From Deinococcaceae bacterium (GTDB lineage Bacteria; Deinococcota; Deinococci; Deinococcales; Trueperaceae): a stretch of DNA of 17,604 nucleotides. Shown here piece after piece: positions 7,465-15,447 of the stretch (positions are counted from its first letter, which is position 1; each line of letters begins with the position of its first letter). A program made the translations under genes and the position numbers. A model generated the notes under the pieces. The model saw nothing but the letters and a program-made list of their open reading frames with translations, searched no databases and was not told the origin of the DNA. Where the stretch lies: assembly GCA_040256005.1 (NCBI GenBank), contig JBDZWC010000058.1:1-17604 (forward strand), read 5' to 3'.

Positions 7465-8535
7465 ATGAGCACGACAGACAAGCACGCCGTTGAGTTCGGC
7501 ATCGACAGTTTCGGCGACCTGCCGAGGGACGACGGCGGGCGGCTCGTCTCGTACGCCCAGGCGATCCGGGCCACCGTCGAGGAAGCGGTGTTAGCCGATC
7601 AGGTCGGCATCGACGCGGTAGCGCTAGGCGAGCATCACCGCCCCGAGTTCGCTATCTCCACGCCCGAGACCGTGCTGGCGGGGATAGCGACACGCACGGA
7701 GCGCATCCGGGTCGGTTCCGGCGTCACGGTGCTCTCCTCCGATGACCCCGTCCGCGTCTTCCAGCGCTTCGCCACCATCGACGCCCTGTCGAACGGGAGG
7801 GCCGAGGTCATCCTCGGTCGCGGCTCGTTCACCGAGTCCTTCCCGCTCTTCGGGTACGACCTCAAGGACTACGAGCTGCTGTTCGACGAGAAGATCGACC
7901 TGTTCCACGCTCTGCTCGACGAGGAGCCGGTCACCTGGGAAGGGACGACACGGGCGCCCCTCGTGAACGCCGAAGTCTTCCCCAAGACGGAGTCCGGCCG
8001 CTTGCGAACGTGGGTCGGCGTGGGCGGGTCACCGCAGTCGGTCATACGTACCGCCAAGTACGGCTTCCGCCTCATGCTCGCGATCATCGGCGGCGCGCCC
8101 CAGCGCTTCGCTCCGTACATAGAGCTGTACCAGCGGGCCACCGATCAGCTTGGCACCGAGGCCCACCCCGTCGGCATGCACTCCCCGGGCTTCATCGCGG
8201 AGACCGACGAGGAAGCCAAGGCCATCTACTACCCGGGCCACAAGGAGCTCATGGACCGGATCGGCCGCGAACGCGGCTGGCCGCCCCAGAGCCGCCAACA
8301 GTTCGAGGCCGAGGTCGAGCACGGCTCGCTGTACGTGGGCTCACCTGAGACCGTCGCGCGGAAGATCGCCCGCGCCGTGCGGACGCTGGACGTCGGTCGC
8401 TTCGACCTCATCTACTCGACCGCCGGCGCGGTGTCGGCCAGCGCGAGGCTGCGTGCCGTCGAGCTCTTCGGCACGAAGGTCATCCCTATGGTGCGTGAAC
8501 TCCTGGCCGATGAGCCGGCTGCGGTGATGGCTTGA
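7465..8535 (+). CDS. LLM-class (luciferase-like) flavin-dependent oxidoreductase/monooxygenase
   Basis: [59 protein letters not shown] and [13 protein letters not shown] 7465 with a GAGGGAG RBS. Confidence 0.92.
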   Translation: MSTTDKHAVEFGIDSFGDLPRDDGGRLVSYAQAIRATVEEAVLADQVGIDAVALGEHHRPEFAISTPETVLAGIATRTERIRVGSGVTVLSSDDPVRVFQRFATIDALSNGRAEVILGRGSFTESFPLFGYDLKDYELLFDEKIDLFHALLDEEPVTWEGTTRAPLVNAEVFPKTESGRLRTWVGVGGSPQSVIRTAKYGFRLMLAIIGGAPQRFAPYIELYQRATDQLGTEAHPVGMHSPGFIAETDEEAKAIYYPGHKELMDRIGRERGWPPQSRQQFEAEVEHGSLYVGSPETVARKIARAVRTLDVGRFDLIYSTAGAVSASARLRAVELFGTKVIPMVRELLADEPAAVMA

Positions 8536-9209
8536 CATCTAGGGTGCGCAGCGTCGGCATCCTCGGCGCCGGCAAGCTCGGCACGGTCCTGGCACGCCTC
8601 GCGATCAAGAGCGGCCACGACGTCTGGATCGCAGGGTCGGGCGATCCCGAGAAGATCGCCCTGACGACCGAAGTGCTGACGCCGGGCGCCAGACCGGCCT
8701 GGGCCCGCGAGGTGGCCAGGTCAGGTGATGTCGTCGTCCTGGCCCTCCCATTGGGATGGTACCGCGAGGTGCCGAAGGATGAGCTCGAGGGTAAGCTCGT
8801 GATCGACGCTATGAACTACTGGTGGGAGACCGACGGGGTGCGCGACGACCTCGACGATCCGCGCATCACGAGCAGCGAGCTCGTCCAGGCTTTCCTGGAC
8901 GGCTCGCGGGTCGTGAAGGCCTTCAACCACATGGGCTACCACGACCTCGAGGCCGGCGCTCGTCCGCCAGGGGCAGCGGGCCGCAAGGCCATAGCGATCG
9001 CGGGGGATGATGACGGGGACGTCGCGCTGGTCGCCTCCCTGGTGGACGACCTCGGCTTCGACCCGCTACCCATAGGCACGCTCGCGGCCGGCCGCTATTT
9101 GCAGCCGGGGTACCCGGCCTTCGGCGCCAACCAGGACCGTGACGGTTTGCGGGCGCTGGTCACGGCAGCCAGGGGGATGGACGATGTTCCCCGGTCACGG
9201 GTCGCCTGA
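8532..9209 (+). CDS. NADPH-dependent F420-reductase-like oxidoreductase (F420_oxidored Rossmann family)
   Basis: ILGAGKLG dinucleotide-binding motif, [24 protein letters not shown] and [14 protein letters not shown] start overlaps the LLM TGA stop (TTGA). Confidence 0.87.
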   Translation: MTSRVRSVGILGAGKLGTVLARLAIKSGHDVWIAGSGDPEKIALTTEVLTPGARPAWAREVARSGDVVVLALPLGWYREVPKDELEGKLVIDAMNYWWETDGVRDDLDDPRITSSELVQAFLDGSRVVKAFNHMGYHDLEAGARPPGAAGRKAIAIAGDDDGDVALVASLVDDLGFDPLPIGTLAAGRYLQPGYPAFGANQDRDGLRALVTAARGMDDVPRSRVA

Positions 9210-9210
9210 C

Positions 9211-9999
9211 CTAGGCCGTCCCGACGTCCCGCCGCGAGAACAGCCAACCGCTGAGGAGCACCAGCGCCGCCATCGCCGCGGCCAACGCGGTCGCGCCCCC
9301 AAGGTCGAAGCCCGCGGTGATGGGGTCCCTGCCGAACGCCCAGTGGTACGGCGAGAGGCGGGCCAGCCACGGCGCCCCGGCCAGCCTGGCCACCGCGTCC
9401 AGGACGTGGGCAGCCACGGCGACCAACGCTCCCAGCCCGGTGGCGACGGCCGGACGGCCGCTCACCGCCCCGCCGAACAGAGCCGCCAGGCCCGTCACGC
9501 TCGTGAGCAGGAACAGCGCCAAGGTCACTGCCAACAGCCGCGTGGGCTCGATGCCCAGCTGGGCCGGGCCGTTGAGCGCCCACACCAACACCGAACCGAC
9601 GACACAGAGCGCTGCGACACGTGTGAGCAGGGCCAGAGCGGTCTCCAGTACGACCTGCCAGCGGGTCACCGCGTGGGCAAGCGTCAGCTCCAGCGTCCCA
9701 CTGTCCTCGGCGCCGGCGACGGCGCGGCTGCCCCAGCCGATCGCGGCGATCGAGATGAGCAGGAAGCCAAGCAGCCCGAAGTAGGTGGATTGCGCGTAGC
9801 CAGGTCCCGAGGCCAGTCCCTCGAGGGCGAACAGGGCGGCGAGCTCGGGCGGGAACATGTCGATGTAGGTCTGCGTGAGCTCCGGGCCACCCACGCTCGG
9901 GTAGAACGGCATGTAGAGCAGCACGGCGGCCGCGACCCCGATCGCCCAACCCAGCAGACCGCGGCGCCCCTCGCGCAGCTCCCGCCTGTAGAGGTTCAT
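9211..9999 (-). CDS. ABC-2 type transporter permease
   Basis: About six TM segments; AGAEDSGTLELTLAHAVTRWQV, LSPYHWA and C-terminal FSRRDV motifs; ATGA overlap with the ATPase gene. Confidence 0.88.
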   Translation of the reverse strand: MNLYRRELREGRRGLLGWAIGVAAAVLLYMPFYPSVGGPELTQTYIDMFPPELAALFALEGLASGPGYAQSTYFGLLGFLLISIAAIGWGSRAVAGAEDSGTLELTLAHAVTRWQVVLETALALLTRVAALCVVGSVLVWALNGPAQLGIEPTRLLAVTLALFLLTSVTGLAALFGGAVSGRPAVATGLGALVAVAAHVLDAVARLAGAPWLARLSPYHWAFGRDPITAGFDLGGATALAAAMAALVLLSGWLFSRRDVGTA

Positions 10000-10907
10000 G
10001 ACGCCTCGTTCCGGTACATATCGATCACGGCGTCCTCTAGGACCTGCTCCTCGAGGAGCAGGTCGAGGACCTCGAAGCGGGCCAGGGTCTTGACCAGCAT
10101 GTCCAAGTCCCCTTCGAACGACAACGTCAGCGCTACCTCGCCGTCCCGCTCCACGAGGGAGAGGCCGCGGACGCGGCCCATGCTCTCCAGCGCCGCCCTC
10201 AACCCCGGCTGGCTGCGCACCGTGGCCCGCAGCCGGCGCTGACGACCGGCGCGCAACTCCTCGACGCCGCCGAGACGGATCAACTCTCCCCTGTGGAGGA
10301 CGCCGACACGGTCTGCCGCCTGCTCGATCTCGCTGAGCACGTGGGAGCTCAGGAACACCGTCTGACCGCGGGCCTTGGCGTCGCGCACCAAGGAAAGGAA
10401 CTCCTGTTGAACCAAAGGGTCTAGCCCACTGGTGGGCTCGTCCAGGATCAACAGCTCGGGCTCATGCATGAAGGCCTGCACCAGCCCGACCTTCTGCTTG
10501 TTCCCCTTCGACAGCTTGCCGACGTGCCTGGCCAGGTCGAGCCCCAGGCGCTCGGCGATGCCCTCGATAGTCCCTTTTGCCACGCCACCGCTGAGTCGCC
10601 CGAAGTGTCGCAGCAGCTCCCCCGCGGTCGTGCGCCCCTCGAGCCGCAGCTCGCCCGGCAGGTACCCGATGCGGCGCCTCAAGGCGGACCCGCCCTCTCG
10701 CGGGTCATGACCCAGTACCGTTGCCGACCCGGCCGTGGGCCTGATGATGTCGAGAAGCAGCCGCATGACGGTCGTCTTGCCGGCCCCGTTCGGGCCGATC
10801 AGCCCGAACACCTCGCCGCGCTGCACCTCGAGATCGAGGCCGGCAAGGGCCGTGGTGGCCCCGTAGCGCTTCGTCAGACCCAGTGCTTGGACGGCCGTGT
10901 CCATCAC
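9996..10907 (-). CDS. ABC transporter ATP-binding protein (drug-export type)
   Basis: Walker A GPNGAGKTT, signature LSKGNKQK, Walker B LLILDEPTSGLDP, H-loop LSSH; start (GTG 10907 or ATG 10904) overlaps the tetR stop. Confidence 0.95.
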   Translation of the reverse strand: MMDTAVQALGLTKRYGATTALAGLDLEVQRGEVFGLIGPNGAGKTTVMRLLLDIIRPTAGSATVLGHDPREGGSALRRRIGYLPGELRLEGRTTAGELLRHFGRLSGGVAKGTIEGIAERLGLDLARHVGKLSKGNKQKVGLVQAFMHEPELLILDEPTSGLDPLVQQEFLSLVRDAKARGQTVFLSSHVLSEIEQAADRVGVLHRGELIRLGGVEELRAGRQRRLRATVRSQPGLRAALESMGRVRGLSLVERDGEVALTLSFEGDLDMLVKTLARFEVLDLLLEEQVLEDAVIDMYRNEAS

Positions 10908-11548
10908 CCTTCCCCTTCCATGGCTGCCCTCGTCGCTTCCAAGAGCTCCGGGGTCGCGTACAGACCATGAGTGAACAGCTCCATGACTGGCAGGGCGAGC
11001 CGCTGGAGGACCTTCGCGTTCAGCCCGTCCTCGCCCAGGGCGCGGCTGACCTGCCTTCCCATGACCAAGGGCGCGAGCCCGCAGAGCGCGACCACCAGCG
11101 CGGTGGTCCCGAGGTCGCTGAAGTGGTTCATCTGCCCGCTCTCGATGCCTTCGCCGAGCATCTTCTCCGTCCTATCGACGAGCGTGTCGAACAGCAGATC
11201 CCCGGCGTGGGAACCCTCCAGCAGCATCCTGGTCAGGTAGTCGAACTCGGCCAGGTAGGCGTCCGGCTCGGCCAGCCACCGACGCATCGCGCCGATCAGG
11301 TCCTGCTGTGAAGTGGCGACCTCGGTGTCGATGAGCTCGCCGGCCACGTACTCGTCGCACGCCCGTTTGAGACCCTCCTTGCTGCCGAAGTGGTGCAGGA
11401 CCAGCCCCGGGCTCACGCCTGCCTCGGCCGCGATGGCGCGGACGCTCGTGTCGGCGAAGCCGCCCGCACCGAAGAGCCTCACCGCGGCCGCCCGGATCCG
11501 AACGCGTGCCGTCAGGTCGGTGTTCGAGGCGGTCCTCGCTGAACGCAC
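10904..11548 (-). CDS. TetR/AcrR family regulator, Rv1219c (RaaS)-like
   Basis: DLTARVRIRAAAVRLF and SVRAIAAEAGVSPGLVLHHFGSKEGLKRACD HTH; C-terminal LPVMELFTHGL; first gene of the ABC operon. Confidence 0.92.
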   Translation of the reverse strand: MRSARTASNTDLTARVRIRAAAVRLFGAGGFADTSVRAIAAEAGVSPGLVLHHFGSKEGLKRACDEYVAGELIDTEVATSQQDLIGAMRRWLAEPDAYLAEFDYLTRMLLEGSHAGDLLFDTLVDRTEKMLGEGIESGQMNHFSDLGTTALVVALCGLAPLVMGRQVSRALGEDGLNAKVLQRLALPVMELFTHGLYATPELLEATRAAMEGEG

Positions 11549-11585
11549 GTTCAGTAGACTATACGGTCGGTTAGCACGCGGTCAA
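11539..11585 (-). promoter_or_regulatory. tetR-ABC promoter with tandem palindromic operators
   Basis: - strand TTGACC(11585-11580)-N16-TATAGT(11563-11558); perfect CTGAACG-N2-CGTTCAG at 11539-11554 spans the GTG start; degenerate copy CTATACG-N2-CGGTTAG at 11559-11574. Confidence 0.75.
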
Positions 11586-11712
11586 GCGAGGGATTTGGCG
11601 CGCCGTTCAGTCTCAGCGGCCACCGTCCACTTACGTAGCCCCAGGAACGGACCGAGGTCCGCAACGCAGGCAAGCTGGCACCAGTTCGAACCCGGCCGGG
11701 AAGGATCGAAAC

Positions 11713-12444
11713 ATGGCGACACGGTTGGCACTAGCAGCGTTCGCGGCAACGGCGTCGATGGCGTGCATCGCATGGGCGCAGGAGCCGCTGGCCTTCGACA
11801 GCTCGCTCGGCGAGGTCCGGATCTTCCCGCTGGGCCACGCTTCCCTGCGCGTCGAGGTGAACGATCTGGTCATCCACGTCGACCCCTGGAGCAACGTGGC
11901 TGACTACTCTATGCAGCCTGATGCCGACCTCGTGATGGTGACGCACGCACACCCGGACCACTACGACCCTGCCGCACTAGACGCGATCACCACCGACGGA
12001 ACCTTGGTCGTCATGGACGGAACCAGCGCTTCACAGTTCGGGGGTGAAGCTACCGCGCTCGCCAACGGCGAGTCACTCGAGTTCGAAGGCATCACCGTGA
12101 CGGCGGTACCGGCCTACAACGTCGTGAGGACCCGTGACGACGGCAACCCGTTCCATGCCCAAGGCGAGTCCAACGGGTACCTGCTGGACTTCGGCGACCT
12201 ACGCGTTCACATCGCCGGCGACACCGAGTGCGTACCCGAGCTAGCCGAACTGGGCGAGGTGGACGTCTCTTTCCTTCCCATCAACCTGCCGTTCACGATG
12301 CCGCCGGACGAGGCCGCCGAGTGCTTCAGGACCATCGCGCCTACAGTGGCCATCCCGTATCACCAGGGAGACTCGGATCCGCAGGTAGTGGCCGACTTGC
12401 TGGCCGATACCGACATCGATGTTCGGGTGCTCGAGCTGCCGTGA
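11713..12444 (+). CDS. Exported metallo-beta-lactamase-fold hydrolase (UlaG/Lactamase_B_3-like)
   Basis: Signal peptide ending AWA-QE; LGHAS, IHVDPW, THAHPDH (HxHxDH), HIAGDT and AIPYH motifs; GAAGGA RBS. Confidence 0.88.
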   Translation: MATRLALAAFAATASMACIAWAQEPLAFDSSLGEVRIFPLGHASLRVEVNDLVIHVDPWSNVADYSMQPDADLVMVTHAHPDHYDPAALDAITTDGTLVVMDGTSASQFGGEATALANGESLEFEGITVTAVPAYNVVRTRDDGNPFHAQGESNGYLLDFGDLRVHIAGDTECVPELAELGEVDVSFLPINLPFTMPPDEAAECFRTIAPTVAIPYHQGDSDPQVVADLLADTDIDVRVLELP

Positions 12445-12755
12445 CTGTAGCGGGCCTAACGGCCGAGACCTTCCCCGCAACTGCAGCTAAGCCTTCGATG
12501 GGGCCAGCTTACCGGCTCTCCCGTGACACAAACGCTCTGGTCGCCTGCCCAGTACCAGTGCGAAACCTGTGGCTAAGAACGCTCAGATCCCGGTCAGGCC
12601 GTCAAGCCAACGGACGAGAAGCTATTCACAAGCGGTATTAGAGATCGATTGTTTTGATGGCCAGGCGTACCCCAACGAGACTTCTCGACCCAAAGCTCGC
12701 GCTCTCAAACTTTCGGCTCCATGGATCGTTCGAACCTGGCTATTGCCAGCAACCG

Positions 12756-12831
12756 CCTGACTACGAAATAGTAGTCAGGGCGCTTGACTACCTTTTAGTA
12801 GTCGCCTAAAATGACTACGATTTAGTAGTCA
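12756..12831. repeat. Three palindromic operator repeats GACTAC-N6-GTAGTC with an exact 27-bp period
   Basis: Cores start at 12759, 12786 and 12813: GACTACgaaataGTAGTC, GACTACcttttaGTAGTC, GACTACgatttaGTAGTC. Confidence 0.9.
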
Positions 12832-12836
12832 GGAGG
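12784..12836 (+). promoter_or_regulatory. hipBA promoter and RBS
   Basis: TTGACT(12784-12789)-N17-TAAAAT(12807-12812); AGGAGG (12831-12836) 5 nt before GTG 12842. Confidence 0.82.
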
Positions 12837-12841
12837 CGGTA

Positions 12842-13081
12842 GTGGAGTTCACCGGCAAGGTCACAAACGCCGAGTCGCTGGGAAGGATCCTGCAACAAGC
12901 CCGCATGCTCAGAGGCCTTAGCCAACGCGAGCTCGCCGAGCGCCTCGGCACCACTCAACGCTACATCTGGGAGATCGAGGCCGGCAAACCCTCCATCTTG
13001 ATGGAGCGGCTGTTCGCGATGATGCGCGAGGTAGACGTCGAACTCTCCGCCACCATCAGATCGCCCAAGAATCATGGCTGA
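12842..13081 (+). CDS. hipB: HipB-like Xre/HTH_3 antitoxin
   Basis: 79 aa; LGRILQQARMLRGLSQRELAERLGTTQRYIWEIEAGKP HTH; overlaps the hipA start by 8 nt. Confidence 0.88.
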   Translation: MEFTGKVTNAESLGRILQQARMLRGLSQRELAERLGTTQRYIWEIEAGKPSILMERLFAMMREVDVELSATIRSPKNHG

Positions 13082-14321
13082 CCTGGTCGTCGAACTGTAC
13101 GGCACCCGAATCGGCACGCTGGAGGGCGACTGGCGCACGTTCGACCTGGAGTTCGAGCCAGGCGCCGTGAGGACATTCGGCATCGACAGCCCCATACTGT
13201 CGGTCGCCGTTCCGCTAGCAGTGGTGCCTACTCGAGCGCACAAGCAGAAGCGCCGCAACTTCTTCCAAGAGCTCCTTCCCGAAGGCCGCATGCTGAAGCG
13301 GCTGGCTCAGGAAGCGAACGTGTCTGAGAGCGACGCCATCGGGCTGCTCCGCCGATACGGTCGCGACGTCGCCGGGGCACTTCAGATCTGGGACCCGGAC
13401 GTACCCGGCGAGCCCCGCCAACCAAGACTCGAACCGCTCGACGAGGCCGGAGTGGCAGACCTGCTCGAAAACGTGCAGGCCTTCCCGCTTGGCAACAAGC
13501 CCCGGGGCGGCAAGTCGTCGTTGGCCGGGGTGCAGGACAAGATCGTCCTGGCGCATACCGCGGAAGGCTGGCACAGAGCCCTCGACGGCTATCCCTCGAG
13601 CCACATCGTCAAGCCCGTACCCGAGGGCCTCCCCACCGTCATCTACGACGAGGAGTACGGCGCCCGCCTGGCTCGCGCTGTAGGACTGATCCCATACCGC
13701 ACTTGGATCCACGAGTTCGCAGGCGTGCCGGCGCTGGTCATCGAGCGCTACGACCGCTCCCCTGACGCACCACAGTCACGCCTCCATCAGGAGGACTTCA
13801 ACCAGGCCCTCGGCGCGAGCGGCGACGAGAAGTACCAGCGGTACGGCGGGAAGGTCAGCCTGGCGCGCATCGCGCGCCTGCTCGAACAGCACACAGGGCC
13901 CGAGAGCCGCGAGGCGCTCCTCCGGATGGTGGTACTAGCCGCCGCCGTCGGAAACTTGGACATGCATGCGAAGAACATCTCCCTCCTTCACCTCCCAGAG
14001 GGAACCGTGGAGCTCGCCCCGGCCTACGACTTCGTACCGCAAGCGCACCAACGGAACGACGGCGAGATGGCGCTCGCGGTCGCTGGCGAGTACCGCCATG
14101 CGCATGTCACGCGGACCCACCTCGTCGAAGAAGCCCTCTCGTGGGGCCTTGCCGACACTGAGCCCATCATCGACGAGGTGCTCGGGACGGTGCTCGAGAC
14201 CATCCGCCGTGAAGATCCGCACCCTCGAGCCCACCCACGATTGACGGCGGACGTTTCATGGTTCACGCAGAACCTCCTCGAGGGCCGCGCAGCCGGCCTG
14301 CCTACAGGCGAGCAGCAGTAG
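13074..14321 (+). CDS. hipA: HipA family Ser/Thr kinase toxin (type II TA)
   Basis: N-terminal FFQELLPEG and LLRRYGRDVAGAL; P-loop SSLAGVQDK, HIVKP, LVIERYDR, LHQEDFNQALG, catalytic GNLDMHAKN and LAPAYD all intact. Confidence 0.95.
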   Translation: MADLVVELYGTRIGTLEGDWRTFDLEFEPGAVRTFGIDSPILSVAVPLAVVPTRAHKQKRRNFFQELLPEGRMLKRLAQEANVSESDAIGLLRRYGRDVAGALQIWDPDVPGEPRQPRLEPLDEAGVADLLENVQAFPLGNKPRGGKSSLAGVQDKIVLAHTAEGWHRALDGYPSSHIVKPVPEGLPTVIYDEEYGARLARAVGLIPYRTWIHEFAGVPALVIERYDRSPDAPQSRLHQEDFNQALGASGDEKYQRYGGKVSLARIARLLEQHTGPESREALLRMVVLAAAVGNLDMHAKNISLLHLPEGTVELAPAYDFVPQAHQRNDGEMALAVAGEYRHAHVTRTHLVEEALSWGLADTEPIIDEVLGTVLETIRREDPHPRAHPRLTADVSWFTQNLLEGRAAGLPTGEQQ

Positions 14322-14430
14322 CTGAACCGTCTAGCCTTGGTGGAGCTGCTTGCCTTCCTGGCTATGTGCCCAGACACGTCCGAAGCACGCCCAGCGACGC
14401 GGTCAGGAGCATTTTCCCGCCGGCGGCTGT

Positions 14431-15381
14431 CTACCAGCGGTAATGCCGGATATGCTCCCCACGACGGGCGATCTCGCTCATGGCCTCGATGCCGATCTCG
14501 ATGTGCAGGTCGGTGTGCTGCCTGAAGACGCTCTTCGCTGAGTCGCGCGTCTTTATGCCGCCGCGCTTGAGCGGGAGGTCCGAGACCAGGAGTAGCGCAC
14601 CGATGGGCACCTTGGATGCGAACCCGACCGAGAAGAGGGTCGCGGTCTCCATGTCGATGGCCAGGGCGCGCTCGTCGTAGAGGAGCTCCTTGAACCTCTC
14701 GTTGAACTCCCAGAAGCGCGTGTCCGTCGTGTGCACGACGCCGGTGCGGTAGTCGTAGCCCTTCTCGACGATGATCTGCGACACGAACTTCTGCACCTTG
14801 AAGGTGGGGAGTGCGGGCACCTGCGGCGGCATGTAGTGCTTGGAGGCGCCCTCGTCGCGTATGGCTGCCGTGGGCAGCACGAAGTCGCCCACCTCGAGCG
14901 AGCGGTGGAGGCCGCCGGCCATCCCCAGGAACAAGGTCGCCTTCGGCTCCGCGGTGGCCAGCACCTCGATGATCAGCGCCGCTACGGGCGACCCCACCGA
15001 GAAGTTGATCAGGGACACCCCGAGCTTCTCGGAGTGCCGAGCGGTCATGGCCGAGCCGCGGGTCGTGACGACGTCGTCAGACATCCTGCCGAACCGCTCC
15101 GAGTAGTACTCGAAGTTGGTCAGTAGTACCTGCTTCTGCATGCCCTCGGGCGGCGTGCCCGTGTAGCGCTCGAGGATCTGCCTGCCGATCTCCCACTTCT
15201 CCGGGTTGTTGTAGATGAGGTTCATGTTCACGGGCCGCCCGGGTTCGTGCGAGCCCTGCTCGACGCCGTCGTCCGTGTCCACTGCCACCCGCTTACGCTC
15301 CTCGGGGGTAGTCACGCTCGGCGCCGTCAGCGCCTGCTCCCGGTGACGCCGGCCCAGACGCTCTCGTTCTCCCTCGTCCAT
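14431..15381 (-). CDS. amn: AMP nucleosidase, short PNP/UDP-fold type, with an N-terminal extension
   Basis: LERYTG, VLLTNF, INFSVGSPVAAL, LFLGMAGGL, LPTAAIRDEGASKHY, PALPTF, RFWEF, AIDMETATLF, GALLLVSDLP and GIKT match the short Amn family; alternative start ATG 15225. Confidence 0.87.
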   Translation of the reverse strand: MDEGERERLGRRHREQALTAPSVTTPEERKRVAVDTDDGVEQGSHEPGRPVNMNLIYNNPEKWEIGRQILERYTGTPPEGMQKQVLLTNFEYYSERFGRMSDDVVTTRGSAMTARHSEKLGVSLINFSVGSPVAALIIEVLATAEPKATLFLGMAGGLHRSLEVGDFVLPTAAIRDEGASKHYMPPQVPALPTFKVQKFVSQIIVEKGYDYRTGVVHTTDTRFWEFNERFKELLYDERALAIDMETATLFSVGFASKVPIGALLLVSDLPLKRGGIKTRDSAKSVFRQHTDLHIEIGIEAMSEIARRGEHIRHYRW

Positions 15382-15447
15382 GGGACATGCTAACCGTGCT
15401 CGCGTGAGACTCGGAAAGCGCTCGAGGCGGTTGTAGAGTCAGCCTCC
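15382..15447. promoter_or_regulatory. 66-bp divergent intergenic region with leaderless-style -10 boxes for amn and the ANKH-like gene
   Basis: TAGCAT (- strand, 15392-15387) 5 nt before the amn ATG; TAGAGT (+ strand, 15434-15439) 8 nt before GTG 15448; no SD sequence on either side. Confidence 0.5.

Noticed and set aside
11680..11700. GTTCGAACC resembling a tRNA T-loop (also near 12728)
   Set aside because: The flanking bases do not form a T-stem, acceptor stem or cloverleaf.
12454..12460. GCCTAAC after the MBL stop as a possible integron attC inverse core
   Set aside because: No matching GTTRRRY core site or long imperfect hairpin follows, there is no integrase, and the motif is not repeated after other genes.
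12569..12760. 63-aa ORF in the spacer upstream of hipBA
   Set aside because: No RBS, atypical codon usage and no recognisable domain; it cannot be supported from sequence alone.
12756..12831. Mini-CRISPR interpretation of the three repeats
   Set aside because: Only 9 bp separate the 18-bp cores, there are no cas genes, and the repeats overlap a promoter in front of an HTH gene, which fits operators.
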